Shown: positions 54,789 to 64,000, numbered from the stretch's first letter. The stretch is 64,000 nucleotides of DNA from Candidatus Rokuibacteriota bacterium (GCA_003220265.1 QHRW01000110.1:30395-94394), one strand, 5' to 3'. Numbers and translations: made by a program. Notes: a model not told the origin generated them from the letters alone.

Positions 54789-56193
54789 AGGCGCGCTCGG
54801 CAGCGGCCTCGCCCGAATGCACGCAGTCGGCGATGCCGACGCCGCGATAGGCCGCACCCGCCAGCGCCAGGCCCGGCAACGCCTGCACCGCGCGCTCGAT
54901 GGCGTCGACGCGGGCCAGGTGGCCCACGCGGTACTGCGGCATCGAGGCGGGCCAGCGATGCAGGCGTGTCAGCACCGGCTCGGCCGTGATGCCGAGCGCC
55001 TCCCGCAGCTCGGCCCGCGCGCGGGCGACGAGCGCGCCGTCCTCCTCGCTCAAGATCTCGGCGTTCAGCGTGCCGCCCAGGAAGCCCCGGATCAGCACAT
55101 GGCCCTCGGGCGCGCGGCCGGAATACTTCACGCTGGAGAACGTGCCGGCCAGCAGCGCCTTCCTCTCGGTGCGCGGCACCACGAAGCCGAAGCCGTCCAG
55201 CGGATGCGGCACGTCGGCCCGGCGGTAGCCGAGCGACACGGTCGCCGCCGACGAGTACGGGATCTCCGCCACGAGGTTCGCCAGACCCGGATCGAGATAG
55301 CGCGCGAGCCGCGCCGTCGCGTGCGCCTCGGTCGCCAGGATCACGCGGTCGGCGTCGAAGCTCGCGCCCTCGGCCGTCCTCACCTGCCAGCGCGCGCCCG
55401 TGCGCTCCAGCGCGCTCGCGCGCTGCTTGAGCACGGCGGCGCCGGCCGGCAGTCGCGCGGCCAGCGTGGAGACCAGCTCCTCCATGCCGTCGGCGAAGGT
55501 GACGAACAGCGACCACCGCGCGCCGCTGGTGCCCGGCAGCGGTGCCGCGGCCAGCGCCCGGCGCAGGCCGAGGATGATCGAGCGGTCGCGCTTCTCCACG
55601 TCGAGGAAGCGCGGCATCGTCGCGGCCAGGCTGAGGTCGTCGGGATCGGCCGTATAGATGCCGGCCACCAGCGGCTGGGCCACGCGCTCGAGCGCCTCGG
55701 CGCCGAGGCGGCGGCGCACGAAGGCACCGAGGCTCTCGTCGTCCCCGCTCCCGCGAGACGTGGAAGAGATCCCCCGCGGCAGCACGAGGTCGAGGGCCAT
55801 CCGCAGCTTGCCCCGCAGCGTGAACAGCGACGACGTCGCGAACGGGCGCATCGCCGTCGGCGCCAGGAGCTGGAAGCCGTCGGGCAGCGGATGCAGCCGG
55901 CCGCCGTGCCAGACGAAGACCTTGCGGAAACGATCGTCGGTGCGCACCAGCCGGTGCTCGACGCCGAGGCGGCGGCACAGCGCGAGCGCCCACGGCTTCT
56001 CCGACAGGAAGGAGTCGGGCCCCGCCTCGACGAGAAAGCCGTCCACGCGCTCGCTGACGATGGTGCCGCCGAGCCGCTCGCGCGCCTCGATCAGCGTGAG
56101 CTCGAGCGGCGTCTGCCGCTCGCGCGCCACCTCCACCGCGCGGTGCGCCGCCGCCAGCCCCGTGATGCCGCCGCCGACGACGACGAGCTTCAC
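54781..56193 (-). CDS. hemY: protoporphyrinogen/coproporphyrinogen III oxidase (HemY family)
   Basis: The FAD motif VVVGGGITGLAAA is present, with HemY-family similarity throughout. The GTG start overlaps the hemH stop (GTGA). Confidence 0.85.
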   Translation of the reverse strand: MKLVVVGGGITGLAAAHRAVEVARERQTPLELTLIEARERLGGTIVSERVDGFLVEAGPDSFLSEKPWALALCRRLGVEHRLVRTDDRFRKVFVWHGGRLHPLPDGFQLLAPTAMRPFATSSLFTLRGKLRMALDLVLPRGISSTSRGSGDDESLGAFVRRRLGAEALERVAQPLVAGIYTADPDDLSLAATMPRFLDVEKRDRSIILGLRRALAAAPLPGTSGARWSLFVTFADGMEELVSTLAARLPAGAAVLKQRASALERTGARWQVRTAEGASFDADRVILATEAHATARLARYLDPGLANLVAEIPYSSAATVSLGYRRADVPHPLDGFGFVVPRTERKALLAGTFSSVKYSGRAPEGHVLIRGFLGGTLNAEILSEEDGALVARARAELREALGITAEPVLTRLHRWPASMPQYRVGHLARVDAIERAVQALPGLALAGAAYRGVGIADCVHSGEAAAERAFT

Positions 56194-57110
56194 GCGTGGC
56201 TCCGCACGATCTCGGCCAGCATGGCGACGAACTCGGGATGGGCGTTGACCGCCGGCGCGCGGTGGAGCGCGATGCCGTGGGCGTCGGCGATGGAGCGCGC
56301 CTCGACGTCGAGATCGTAGAGCACCTCCACGTGATCGCAGACGAAGCCGATGGGCGAGACCACCACGTGACGCGCGCCTTCTTTCGCCGCCGCCTTGATC
56401 ACGTCGCCCACGTCGGGCTCCAGCCACCGATCGCGCGGACTGCCACTGCGGCTCTGATAGGCGAGCGACCAGCGCGCGTGACCGGCCTTCGCCGCCACCG
56501 CACGGGCGGTCGCGGTGAAGTCCGCCACGTACGGCGAGGCCTCCGCCATCGCCACCGGCACGCTGTGCGCGGTGAAGACCAGCGGCGTCTCCTGGCGCTC
56601 CGCGGGTGGCAGGGCCCCGAGGGCGCGCGTGACGCCCTCGGCGGAGGCGGCGACGAAGCGCGGGTGCTCGAACCACGGTGCCGCGAGCACGATCGCCGGC
56701 GCGCCGGCCGTGCGCTCGCGCGCGGCGCTGACGTCGCCGACGTAGCGCTCCCACGAGGCCTCCGTGCGGAACGTCGAGAGGATGATGGCCAGCGTTCGAC
56801 GGTGGCCGCGCGCCGCCATCGCGGCCAGGGTCTCGTGCAGGAACGGATGCCAGTTGCGCATGCCCACGAACACCGGGAGCGCACGGCCGCCGGTGCCGAG
56901 CGCACGGCGGAGCCCCTCGGCCTGGGCCTCCGTCAGCTCGTTGAGGGGCGAGCGGCCGCCCGGCATCCGCTCGTAGTGGTGGGCGACCTCCTCCAGACGC
57001 TCGGGCGGAATGCGGCGCCCGCGCGCGACGATCTCGAGGAACGGCCGGATCTCCGAGGGTCGCGTGGGCCCGCCGAAGGCGACCAGCAGGACGCTGTCGA
57101 TGGCGCTCAT
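56190..57110 (-). CDS. hemH: ferrochelatase
   Basis: Full-length ferrochelatase similarity (LLVAFGGP, HSVP, conserved His/Glu regions). The ATG overlaps the hemE stop (ATGA). Confidence 0.9.
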   Translation of the reverse strand: MSAIDSVLLVAFGGPTRPSEIRPFLEIVARGRRIPPERLEEVAHHYERMPGGRSPLNELTEAQAEGLRRALGTGGRALPVFVGMRNWHPFLHETLAAMAARGHRRTLAIILSTFRTEASWERYVGDVSAARERTAGAPAIVLAAPWFEHPRFVAASAEGVTRALGALPPAERQETPLVFTAHSVPVAMAEASPYVADFTATARAVAAKAGHARWSLAYQSRSGSPRDRWLEPDVGDVIKAAAKEGARHVVVSPIGFVCDHVEVLYDLDVEARSIADAHGIALHRAPAVNAHPEFVAMLAEIVRSHA

Positions 57111-58180
57111 CGAGCGCTCAGCTCGTGGACCATCTCCACCAGCGCCTGCACGTGCTCGACCGGCGTCTGCTGATGCACGCCGTGGCCCAGGTTGAAGATG
57201 TGGCCCGGCCGCCCGCCGGCGCGCGCCAGGATCGCCTTCACCCGCTCGCGGAACACCGCGGGCCTGGCCAGCAGCGCGGCGGGATCGAGGTTGCCCTGCA
57301 CGCCGACGTCGTGGCCGACCGCGCTCCAGCCCGCGTCCAGCGGCACGCGCCAGTCGAGGCCGATCACGTCGCCGCCCGCCTCGCGCATCAGCGGCAGCAG
57401 CGTGGCGGTGCCGGTGCCGAAGTGGATCACGGGCACGCCGGGCCGCAGCGCGCGGATCACGGTGCGCGTGTGCGGCAGCACATACGTCCGGTAGTCGTCG
57501 GGGGCGAGCGTGCCGATCCAGGAGTCGAAGAGCTGCACGGCCTGGGCGCCCGCGTCGATCTGCCCGTTGAGATACGTCGCGGTGGCCTCCGCGAGGATCT
57601 CCAGCAGGCGATGCCAGGAGCCCGGCGCCTCGTACATCAGGCGCTTCGTGTGCAGGTAGTCACGCGAGGCGCCGCCCTCGACGACGTAGGAGGCCACGGT
57701 GAACGGCGCGCCGGCGAAGCCGATGAGCGCGACCTTGGCCGGCAGCGCGCGACGCACCACGCGCACCGTCTCGAACACGAAGCCCACGCTGGAGGCCACG
57801 TCGATCGGCTTGAGCCGCGCCACGTCGGCCTCGCCGCGCACGGGCCGGTGGATCACCGGGCCCTCGCCGCGCGCGAACTCCAGTCCCACGCCGAGCGGCT
57901 CCAGGATCAACAGGATGTCGGCGAAGAGGATGGCCGCATCCAGCGGGAAGCGCCGCACCGGCTGCAGCGTGACCTCGGCGGCGGCCTCCGCGTTGCGGCA
58001 AAGATCGAGGAAGGAATGACGCTCGCGCATGGCGCGGTACTCGGGCAGGTAGCGCCCCGCCTGTCGCATCAGCCACACCGGCGTGACCGGCGTCGGCTGG
58101 CGACGCGCGGCCCTCAGCAGCAGGGGCGAATCGGCGTCTGGCACGCGGAAAAGCGTCTCATTCCGCTCCGCTGGAATCAA
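57107..58180 (-). CDS. hemE: uroporphyrinogen decarboxylase
   Basis: The conserved N-terminus PVWLMRQAGRYLPEY is present, with full-length HemE similarity. The start is uncertain: an in-frame TTG at 58180 or a GTG at 58144 (giving 345 aa). No ATG is available. Confidence 0.85.
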   Translation of the reverse strand: MIPAERNETLFRVPDADSPLLLRAARRQPTPVTPVWLMRQAGRYLPEYRAMRERHSFLDLCRNAEAAAEVTLQPVRRFPLDAAILFADILLILEPLGVGLEFARGEGPVIHRPVRGEADVARLKPIDVASSVGFVFETVRVVRRALPAKVALIGFAGAPFTVASYVVEGGASRDYLHTKRLMYEAPGSWHRLLEILAEATATYLNGQIDAGAQAVQLFDSWIGTLAPDDYRTYVLPHTRTVIRALRPGVPVIHFGTGTATLLPLMREAGGDVIGLDWRVPLDAGWSAVGHDVGVQGNLDPAALLARPAVFRERVKAILARAGGRPGHIFNLGHGVHQQTPVEHVQALVEMVHELSAR

Positions 58181-58210
58181 GCATGGTTGCGGTTTATCAT
58201 CGCCGCCACT

Positions 58211-59881
58211 ATGCCATTCATCTCCGGGAAACAAGCGTTCCTCCAGATCCTGAAGCAGGAAGGCGTCTCCGTCATGTTCGGCAACCCGGGCACCACCGAG
58301 CTGCCGCTCATGGACGGCCTGGCCCGCGAGCCCGGCATCCGCTACGTGCTCGCCCTGCAGGAGGCCGTGGCCATCTCGATGGCCGACGGCTACGCGCAGG
58401 CCAGCGGCGGGCTCGCCGCCGTGAACGTCCACGTCTCCCCCGGCCTCGGCAACGCGATGGGCATGCTCTACGACGCCTACAAGTCGGGCGCGCCGATGCT
58501 GCTCACCGCGGGCCAGCACGACCAGTGCTTCACGGTGACGGAGCCGATCCTCTGGTCGGATCTGCCGCCGGTGGCGCGGCCGTACACGAAGTGGTCGACG
58601 GAGGCGCATCGCCTGGAGGACCTGCCGCGCATCGTGCGCCGCGCGGTGAAGACCGCGCTCGCTCACCCCACCGGTCCGGTATTCCTCTCGCTGCCCGTGG
58701 ACGTGCTCAACGCCGAGCGCGACATCGACCTCGGCGCCTCCACGCGCGTGGCCCCGCGCATCGTCGGCGATCGCACGGCGATCGACGAGGCGGCCCGGCG
58801 TCTCGCCCGGGCCGACAAGCCGCTGCTCGTGGCCGGCGACGCCGTCGCGCATTCCGGCGCGATCCCCGAGCTGATCGAGCTGGCCGAGCTGCTGGGGGCG
58901 CCCGTCGTGACCGAGGGCGTGGCCTCGACGTGCAGCTTCCCCTTCACGCACCCGCTCTACATCGGCTCGTTCCCGCGGCTGGCGCCGCCGATCCGCGCCT
59001 TCCTCATGCAGTACGACCTGCTCTGCTCCGTCGGCGGCGATCTCTTCACCCTCTCGCTGCCCTCCGACGTGGAGCCGATGCCGCACGGCCTCGACGTGAT
59101 CCACATCGACACCGACCCGTGGGAGATCGGCAAGAACTACGCCGCGGTCGTCGGGATCCAGGGCGATCCCAAGGCCACGCTGCCCGAGCTGAGCGAAGCG
59201 GTGCGGCGCCACACGAGCAAGAGCGGTCATCCGCAGGCGGCCAGGCGGCGCGAGGCGGTGGCGGCGGCGTTCGCGGCCGAGCGCAAGGAGATGGAGCAGA
59301 AGGCGCGCGACGCCGCGAACACGAGCCCGATGGGCTCCCTGGCGCTCGTGCACGCGGTCGCGCAGGCGACGCCGGCCGGCGCCACCATCGTGGACGAGGC
59401 GATCTCGTCGTCCGCAGGCATCCGGCACTTCTTCAAGTGCGAGGACAGCAAGAGCTTCTTCGGCCTGCGGGGCGGCGGCATCGGCTGGGGCTTGCCGGCC
59501 GCGCTCGGCATCAAGCTGGCGCTGCCCCAGCGTCCGGTGATCGCGCTGGTCGGCGACGGCAGCGCCATGTACACGTGCCAGGCGCTGTGGACGGCCGCGC
59601 ACGACTCGATCGCCGTCGTCTACGTCATCTTCAACAACGCGTCGTATCGCATCCTCAAGCAGCGCACCCTGGGGCTGAAGGGCTTCTCGGCCGAGGACGA
59701 CGTCTACGTCGGCATGGACATCGAGCGTCCGTACGTGGACTACGTCGGGCTCGCCAAGTCGCTGGGCGTGCCGGGCGAGCGCGTGGAGAAGGCCGGTGAG
59801 GTGAGCGGCGCGATGGGCCGCGCGCTGGCGAGCGGCGGGCCGTACCTGATCGACGTCCGCATCGACCCGCACTTCAAATAG
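58211..59881 (+). CDS. thiamine-diphosphate-dependent enzyme (benzoylformate decarboxylase/acetolactate-synthase-like)
   Basis: ThDP N-terminal PYR domain (FGNPGTTELP). The ThDP-binding motif GDGSAMYTCQALWTAA...VIFNNASY is present. 556 aa. Confidence 0.85.
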   Translation: MPFISGKQAFLQILKQEGVSVMFGNPGTTELPLMDGLAREPGIRYVLALQEAVAISMADGYAQASGGLAAVNVHVSPGLGNAMGMLYDAYKSGAPMLLTAGQHDQCFTVTEPILWSDLPPVARPYTKWSTEAHRLEDLPRIVRRAVKTALAHPTGPVFLSLPVDVLNAERDIDLGASTRVAPRIVGDRTAIDEAARRLARADKPLLVAGDAVAHSGAIPELIELAELLGAPVVTEGVASTCSFPFTHPLYIGSFPRLAPPIRAFLMQYDLLCSVGGDLFTLSLPSDVEPMPHGLDVIHIDTDPWEIGKNYAAVVGIQGDPKATLPELSEAVRRHTSKSGHPQAARRREAVAAAFAAERKEMEQKARDAANTSPMGSLALVHAVAQATPAGATIVDEAISSSAGIRHFFKCEDSKSFFGLRGGGIGWGLPAALGIKLALPQRPVIALVGDGSAMYTCQALWTAAHDSIAVVYVIFNNASYRILKQRTLGLKGFSAEDDVYVGMDIERPYVDYVGLAKSLGVPGERVEKAGEVSGAMGRALASGGPYLIDVRIDPHFK

Positions 59882-60273
59882 TGACCGGGCCGCGATCGCC
59901 CTGGCCGTTCGCCGAGCTGCTCGGCATGCGCGCGAAGTCCGTCGGGGACGGCCGCGCGCGCTTCGAGCTGGCCGTCGAGCCCAGGCATCTGAACCCCGAC
60001 GGCACGCTGCACGGCGGCGTGGCGTACAGCCTGGCCGATTCGGCGATGGGCGCCGCGCTGTTCGCACAGCTCGGCCCCGGCGAGATGTGCGTGACGCTGG
60101 AGATCAAGATGCAGTACCTGGCCGTCGTCACCGGCGGCGCCCTCGCCGTCGAGGCCGCGGTGGCCAGTCGCACGAAGCGCATCGGCGTGACGGAGGCCAG
60201 GGTGTTCGGCGACGGCGACCGGCTGGTAGCGCTCGCCACCGGGACGTTCTACATCCAGAGCGCGAGGACCTGA
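59881..60273 (+). CDS. PaaI/hotdog-fold thioesterase
   Basis: The hotdog thioesterase motif HGGVAYSLADSAMGAA is present. The GTG start overlaps the upstream TAG by 1 nt. Confidence 0.75.
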   Translation: MTGPRSPWPFAELLGMRAKSVGDGRARFELAVEPRHLNPDGTLHGGVAYSLADSAMGAALFAQLGPGEMCVTLEIKMQYLAVVTGGALAVEAAVASRTKRIGVTEARVFGDGDRLVALATGTFYIQSART

Positions 60274-60277
60274 ATCG

Positions 60278-61234
60278 ATGGCGATGACCTTCGGGATCCA
60301 CATCGGGCACATGGGCGGCCCGCTCGACGAGATGCGCAAGCTGTGGAAGTTCGCCGACACGATGGGCTTCGACTGGTTCTCGGTCTCCGACCACTTCCAG
60401 GAGTCGCCCCCGCGCGGTGGCGACATCGACTGCTACGAGGCGATCGCCACCCTCACCGCCGCCGCCATGGAGACGCGGCGCGTGCGGCTGGGCGCCCTCG
60501 TCTACTGCGTGGTCTATCGCAACCCGGGGCTGCACGCCAAGTCGCTCACCACTATCGACCACCTCTCCGGCGGCCGGGTGGACTGCGGCATCGGCGCCGG
60601 CTGGCACGAGGTGGAGGCCAAGGCCTTTGGTTACGAGTTCCCGCGCATCGGCGTGCGCGAGGACATGCTGGAGGAATACGCGCAGATCATGCGCATGCTC
60701 TTCGACCGCGAGCAGCGCCGCACGACGTTCGCCGGCAAGCACTACCGGATGGAGAACGCGCCCAACAATCCCAAGCCCCTGCAGCCGCGCGTGCCGATCT
60801 GGATCGGCGGCCGCGGCGAGAAGCGCACGCTGCGCGCGGCGGCGAAGTACGCCGACGGCTGGAACGCGCCCTACATCGGCCCCGAGGAGTGGATCCACAA
60901 GAGCAACGTGCTGACGGAGTGGTGCGAGAAGGAAGGCCGCGACCCGAAGTCCATCTTGCGCACCGTCAACCTGGGCTTCTACGCCGGCGCCGACGCGCGG
61001 GGCGTCGAGCGCGGCGAGAAGATCTTCCGCGAGCACTGGGGGCCGCAGGGCGACGAGCGCACCGGCTGGCTGCGCGGGACGCCCAAGCAGAACCTCGAGA
61101 TGCTGAGCCGCTTCCGCGACGCCGGCTGCACGCGCGTGAACATCGCCTTCCGCGAGGGCCCGTACGACTGGGACGCCCTGCAGGCCTTCGCCGGCGAGGT
61201 CATGCCGGTGTTCGGCGCGCGGCGGCCCGAATAG
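60278..61234 (+). CDS. LLM-class (luciferase-like) flavin-dependent oxidoreductase
   Basis: Bacterial luciferase-like TIM-barrel family similarity. 318 aa. Confidence 0.85.
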   Translation: MAMTFGIHIGHMGGPLDEMRKLWKFADTMGFDWFSVSDHFQESPPRGGDIDCYEAIATLTAAAMETRRVRLGALVYCVVYRNPGLHAKSLTTIDHLSGGRVDCGIGAGWHEVEAKAFGYEFPRIGVREDMLEEYAQIMRMLFDREQRRTTFAGKHYRMENAPNNPKPLQPRVPIWIGGRGEKRTLRAAAKYADGWNAPYIGPEEWIHKSNVLTEWCEKEGRDPKSILRTVNLGFYAGADARGVERGEKIFREHWGPQGDERTGWLRGTPKQNLEMLSRFRDAGCTRVNIAFREGPYDWDALQAFAGEVMPVFGARRPE

Positions 61235-61274
61235 AGCCGCCCGGATGACCGTCAGACGTGTAGGAGATCAGTGG

Positions 61275-61559
61275 ATGAAGCGCGTGGTGCCGCTCCTGCT
61301 CGCCTCGATCGCCCTCACCGCCCTGCCCGCCGTGGCCCAGCCGAACGACTGCGGCGCGCTGCCGAGCTCCGCCCAGAAGGCCCGCACCTGCAACCCGCAG
61401 CAGCAGTGCCTGGCCCAGGTGGAGGGCAAGCTCAAGGGCGCCGCGCTCGACTCCGCCCGCAAGGACTGCCAGCGCCTGCCCGCCAGCGGCACCTGCTATG
61501 GCCCGGACACCTTCAACCCGCAGGCCGACTGCAAGGAGCAGCAGGGCAAGCGCAAGTAG
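61275..61559 (+). CDS. small secreted Cys-rich hypothetical protein (94 aa, 6 Cys)
   Basis: Signal peptide MKRVVPLLLASIALTALPAVA. Six Cys, probably forming three disulfides. Confidence 0.5.
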   Translation: MKRVVPLLLASIALTALPAVAQPNDCGALPSSAQKARTCNPQQQCLAQVEGKLKGAALDSARKDCQRLPASGTCYGPDTFNPQADCKEQQGKRK

Positions 61560-61575
61560 GCCGGGTGCGCCCGGC
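61560..61575 (+). terminator. GC-rich stem-loop gccggg-tgcg-cccggc immediately after the stop codon
   Basis: Read from the sequence. No U-tract follows, which is common in high-GC bacteria. Confidence 0.3.
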
Positions 61576-61635
61576 CGGTTGGTCTCCGTGCGCTTCCGGG
61601 GCTAGACTCTCCCTGCAACTCCACAGCGTGAGGGC

Positions 61636-62730
61636 ATGGCCATGAGCGAAGGCTCCGGACTCATCCGCGGGCTCGAGGGCGTCGTCGCCGCCGAGACCCA
61701 GCTCTGCGATCTGGACGGCCTCAACGGCCGTCTCGCCTATCGCGGCTACGACATCGCCGACCTGGCCCGCAAGGCGACGTTCGAGGAGGTCACCTACCTG
61801 CTGCTCAACGGCGAGCTGCCGAAGGCGGCCCAGCTCGACACACTCGTGGTGGGCCTCACCGCGGCCCGCGAGATCCCGCGCGAGATGCTGCAGGTGTTTC
61901 GCCTGGCGCCGAAGGGCACCGATCCCATGCGCGTGCTGCAGGCCACCGTGGCGATGCTCGGCATGTCGGATCCCGAGGCCACCGACAACTCGCACGCCGC
62001 CAACGTGCGCAAGTCCGTACGGCTGACCAGCCAGTTTGCCGTCGCGATCTGCGCGCACCAGCTCTCGCACGCCGCCAACTTCCTCTACATGCTCACCGGC
62101 GAGCGGCCGGGCCCCGCCGCGGTCAAGGCGTTCGACGCGAGCCTCACGCTCTATGCCGAGCACGAGCTGAACGCCTCCACCTTCACCACGCGCGTGATCA
62201 CCTCCACGCTGTCGGACATGCACTCGGCGGTGGCCGGCGGCGTGGGCGCGCTCAAGGGCACGCTGCACGGGGGCGCCGGCGAGGCCGTGATGCGCACGCT
62301 GATGGAGATCGGCGAGGTCGCCAACGTGGACGCCTTCACGGAGCGCTCGCTGGCCGCCAAGCGCCGCTTCATGGGCATGGGCCACCGCGTGTACAAGGCC
62401 GGGGATCCGCGCGCGGCGATCCTGCGCGGCATGGCCGAGGAGGCGTGCAAGCAGTCGGGCCAGTTCAAGTGGTACGAGATGGCCGTCAAGCTCCACGAGC
62501 GCATCGCCAAGGAGAAGGGATTGATCCCCAACGTGGACTTCTACTCGGCGCCGCTCTTCTACTCGCTCGGCATCCCGGTCGATCTGTTCACGCCCGTGAT
62601 CGCGGCCGGGCGGATCGCCGGCTGGTGCGCCAATATCATCGAGCAGCACGACGACAACCGGCTGATCCGCCCGCGCGCGGATTACGTGGGCCCCAAGCGC
62701 CGCGAGTTCGTGCCGCGCGACAAGCGCTAG
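61636..62730 (+). CDS. citrate synthase / 2-methylcitrate synthase family (small type)
   Basis: The catalytic His/Asp region (GHRVYKAGDPRA) is present, with full-length citrate synthase similarity. Confidence 0.9.
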   Translation: MAMSEGSGLIRGLEGVVAAETQLCDLDGLNGRLAYRGYDIADLARKATFEEVTYLLLNGELPKAAQLDTLVVGLTAAREIPREMLQVFRLAPKGTDPMRVLQATVAMLGMSDPEATDNSHAANVRKSVRLTSQFAVAICAHQLSHAANFLYMLTGERPGPAAVKAFDASLTLYAEHELNASTFTTRVITSTLSDMHSAVAGGVGALKGTLHGGAGEAVMRTLMEIGEVANVDAFTERSLAAKRRFMGMGHRVYKAGDPRAAILRGMAEEACKQSGQFKWYEMAVKLHERIAKEKGLIPNVDFYSAPLFYSLGIPVDLFTPVIAAGRIAGWCANIIEQHDDNRLIRPRADYVGPKRREFVPRDKR

Positions 62731-62734
62731 CCCC

Positions 62735-64000
62735 ATGGGCCGGAGCCTCACGCACAAGCTGATCGACGCGCACCTGGCCGCCGGCAAGGCGGTGGCGGGC
62801 GAGGAGATCGGCCTGGCCATCGACCAGGTGCTGCTGACCGACACCAACGGCATCCAGTCGTGGCTGCAGTTCGAGGCGCTCGGCTTCCAGCGCGTGATGC
62901 CGGCGCGCGCCGTGACCTATATCGACCACAACGTCTACCAGGTGGACTCGCGCAACACGGACGATCATCGCTACCTGCAGTCCGTCGCGCGGAAGTACGG
63001 CAGCCTGTTCTCCAAGCCGGGCAACGGAATCTGCCACCAGGTCCACATGGAGTCGTTCTCCATTCCCGGCCAGACCCTGCTCGGCACCGACAGCCACACG
63101 CCGCTCTGCGGCGCTGCCGGCATGCTGGCCATCGGCGCCGGCGGCCTCGACGTGGCGGTGGCCATGGGCGGCGCGCCGTACTTCTTCACGATGCCCTCGG
63201 TCACGCGCGTCTGGCTCACCGGCCAGCTCCAGCCGTGGGTGACGGCCAAGGACGTCATCCTCGATTTGCTGCGCCGGCTCAGCGTGCGCGGCGGCACCGG
63301 CAAGATCTTCGAGTACGGCGGCCCGGGCCTGAAATCGCTGCTGGCCGCGCAGCGCATGACGATCGCCAACATGGGCGCCGAGCTCGGCCTCACCACCAGC
63401 GTCTTCCCGAGCGACGACGTCACGCGCTCGTTCCTGACGCGGCTGGGGCGCGGCGAGCAGTGGCGGCCGGCCGCGCCCGACGAGGACGCGACGTACGACG
63501 ACCAGCTCGAGCTGGACCTGGGCGCGATCGTCCCCCTCGTGGCGCTGCCGGGCTCGCCGGATCGCGTGGTGCCCGTGAACGAGGTGGCGGGCACCGCGGT
63601 CGAGCAGGTGATGGTGGGCTCGTGCACCAACGGCTCGTGGCACGACATGGCCTCGGTGGCCGGCGTGCTGCGCGGCCAGCGCGTGCACGGCTCCGTCTCC
63701 TTCGTCCTGTTCCCCGGCAGCCATCGCATCCTCGAGACGATGGCGCGCGAGGGATTGCTGGCCGACCTGCTGGCGGCCGGCGCGCTCGTCTCCGAGCCCA
63801 GCTGCGGCTCGTGCGCGGGCATCGGCCACGTGCCGGCCAGCGGAGGCAAGAGCCTGCGCGCCTTCAACCGCAATTTCTCGGGGCGCAGCGGCGTGAAGGG
63901 CGACGCCGTGTACCTGTGCTCCTCGCTGGTGGCGGCGGCCTCGGCGCTCACCGGCGTCATCACCGATCCGCGCACGCTGGGCGCGCCGCAGCCGGTGGGG
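62735..64000 (+). CDS. aconitase-family large-subunit-like protein (3-isopropylmalate dehydratase/homoaconitase-like), 3'-partial
   Basis: The motifs GTDSHT, MLAIGAGG and SCTNGS are present. The ORF runs to the window end without a stop, so it is absent from the supplied track. Confidence 0.85.
   Translation, partial: MGRSLTHKLIDAHLAAGKAVAGEEIGLAIDQVLLTDTNGIQSWLQFEALGFQRVMPARAVTYIDHNVYQVDSRNTDDHRYLQSVARKYGSLFSKPGNGICHQVHMESFSIPGQTLLGTDSHTPLCGAAGMLAIGAGGLDVAVAMGGAPYFFTMPSVTRVWLTGQLQPWVTAKDVILDLLRRLSVRGGTGKIFEYGGPGLKSLLAAQRMTIANMGAELGLTTSVFPSDDVTRSFLTRLGRGEQWRPAAPDEDATYDDQLELDLGAIVPLVALPGSPDRVVPVNEVAGTAVEQVMVGSCTNGSWHDMASVAGVLRGQRVHGSVSFVLFPGSHRILETMAREGLLADLLAAGALVSEPSCGSCAGIGHVPASGGKSLRAFNRNFSGRSGVKGDAVYLCSSLVAAASALTGVITDPRTLGAPQPVG

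Overview
This is a high-GC (roughly 70%) bacterial chromosomal segment with compact gene spacing. I found no rRNA, tRNA, CRISPR, transposase or integrase. Many of the long ORFs in the six-frame track are arginine-rich wrong-frame artefacts of the high GC content; I called genes from recognisable protein families and from frame arithmetic on the track.

Gene content, start to end:
- 1-19.3 kb: an unusually long co-directional minus-strand array of 18 genes, many with overlapping stop/start codons. It runs nuoL-nuoM-nuoN, a HAD phosphatase, a truncated S33 hydrolase fragment, an M20 amidohydrolase, glpD, a secreted alpha/beta hydrolase, ugpB-ugpA-ugpE, a cytoplasmic GDPD, a hypothetical, glpQ, glpK, and a second ABC importer (binding protein, ATPase, partial permease).
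- 19.4-23.6 kb: M23 peptidase, RraA-family protein, GT2 glycosyltransferase and PIG-L deacetylase.
- 24.4-28.1 kb: a phenolic-lipid-type operon (type III PKS, SAM methyltransferase, FAD oxidoreductase) with a divergent gamma-carbonic anhydrase.
- 28.1-31.0 kb: a beta-oxidation-like trio (SDR, acyl-CoA dehydrogenase, enoyl-CoA hydratase).
- 31.0-33.2 kb: an IlvD/EDD-family dehydratase gene disrupted by a lower-GC insert that carries an atypical response regulator.
- 33.2-42.8 kb: a peptidoglycan-recycling neighbourhood (murQ, namZ, nagZ, an SSS transporter, an MlaC-like protein, a BadF-type sugar kinase) plus small secreted proteins.
- 42.7-45.2 kb: an Ldh_2 oxidoreductase / APC permease operon.
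- 45.7-53.2 kb: a roughly 7 kb gene for a 2342-aa secreted protein (Asp-box beta-propeller, eight tandem CARDB domains, two C-terminal repeats), translationally coupled to a small upstream lipoprotein.
- 53.2-64.0 kb: a family III CoA-transferase, a DUF3303-like protein, a hemE-hemH-hemY operon, a ThDP enzyme, a PaaI thioesterase, an LLM oxidoreductase, citrate synthase and a partial aconitase-family gene.

The most unusual signals are:
- the dehydratase gene interrupted by a foreign response-regulator cassette;
- a recurring GGGGGCC/GGCCCCC palindromic element family;
- the large repetitive adhesin-like gene with an RBS-sequestering hairpin downstream;
- the fusion of an orphan nuoLMN module into the glycerol-3-phosphate / glycerophosphodiester scavenging array.
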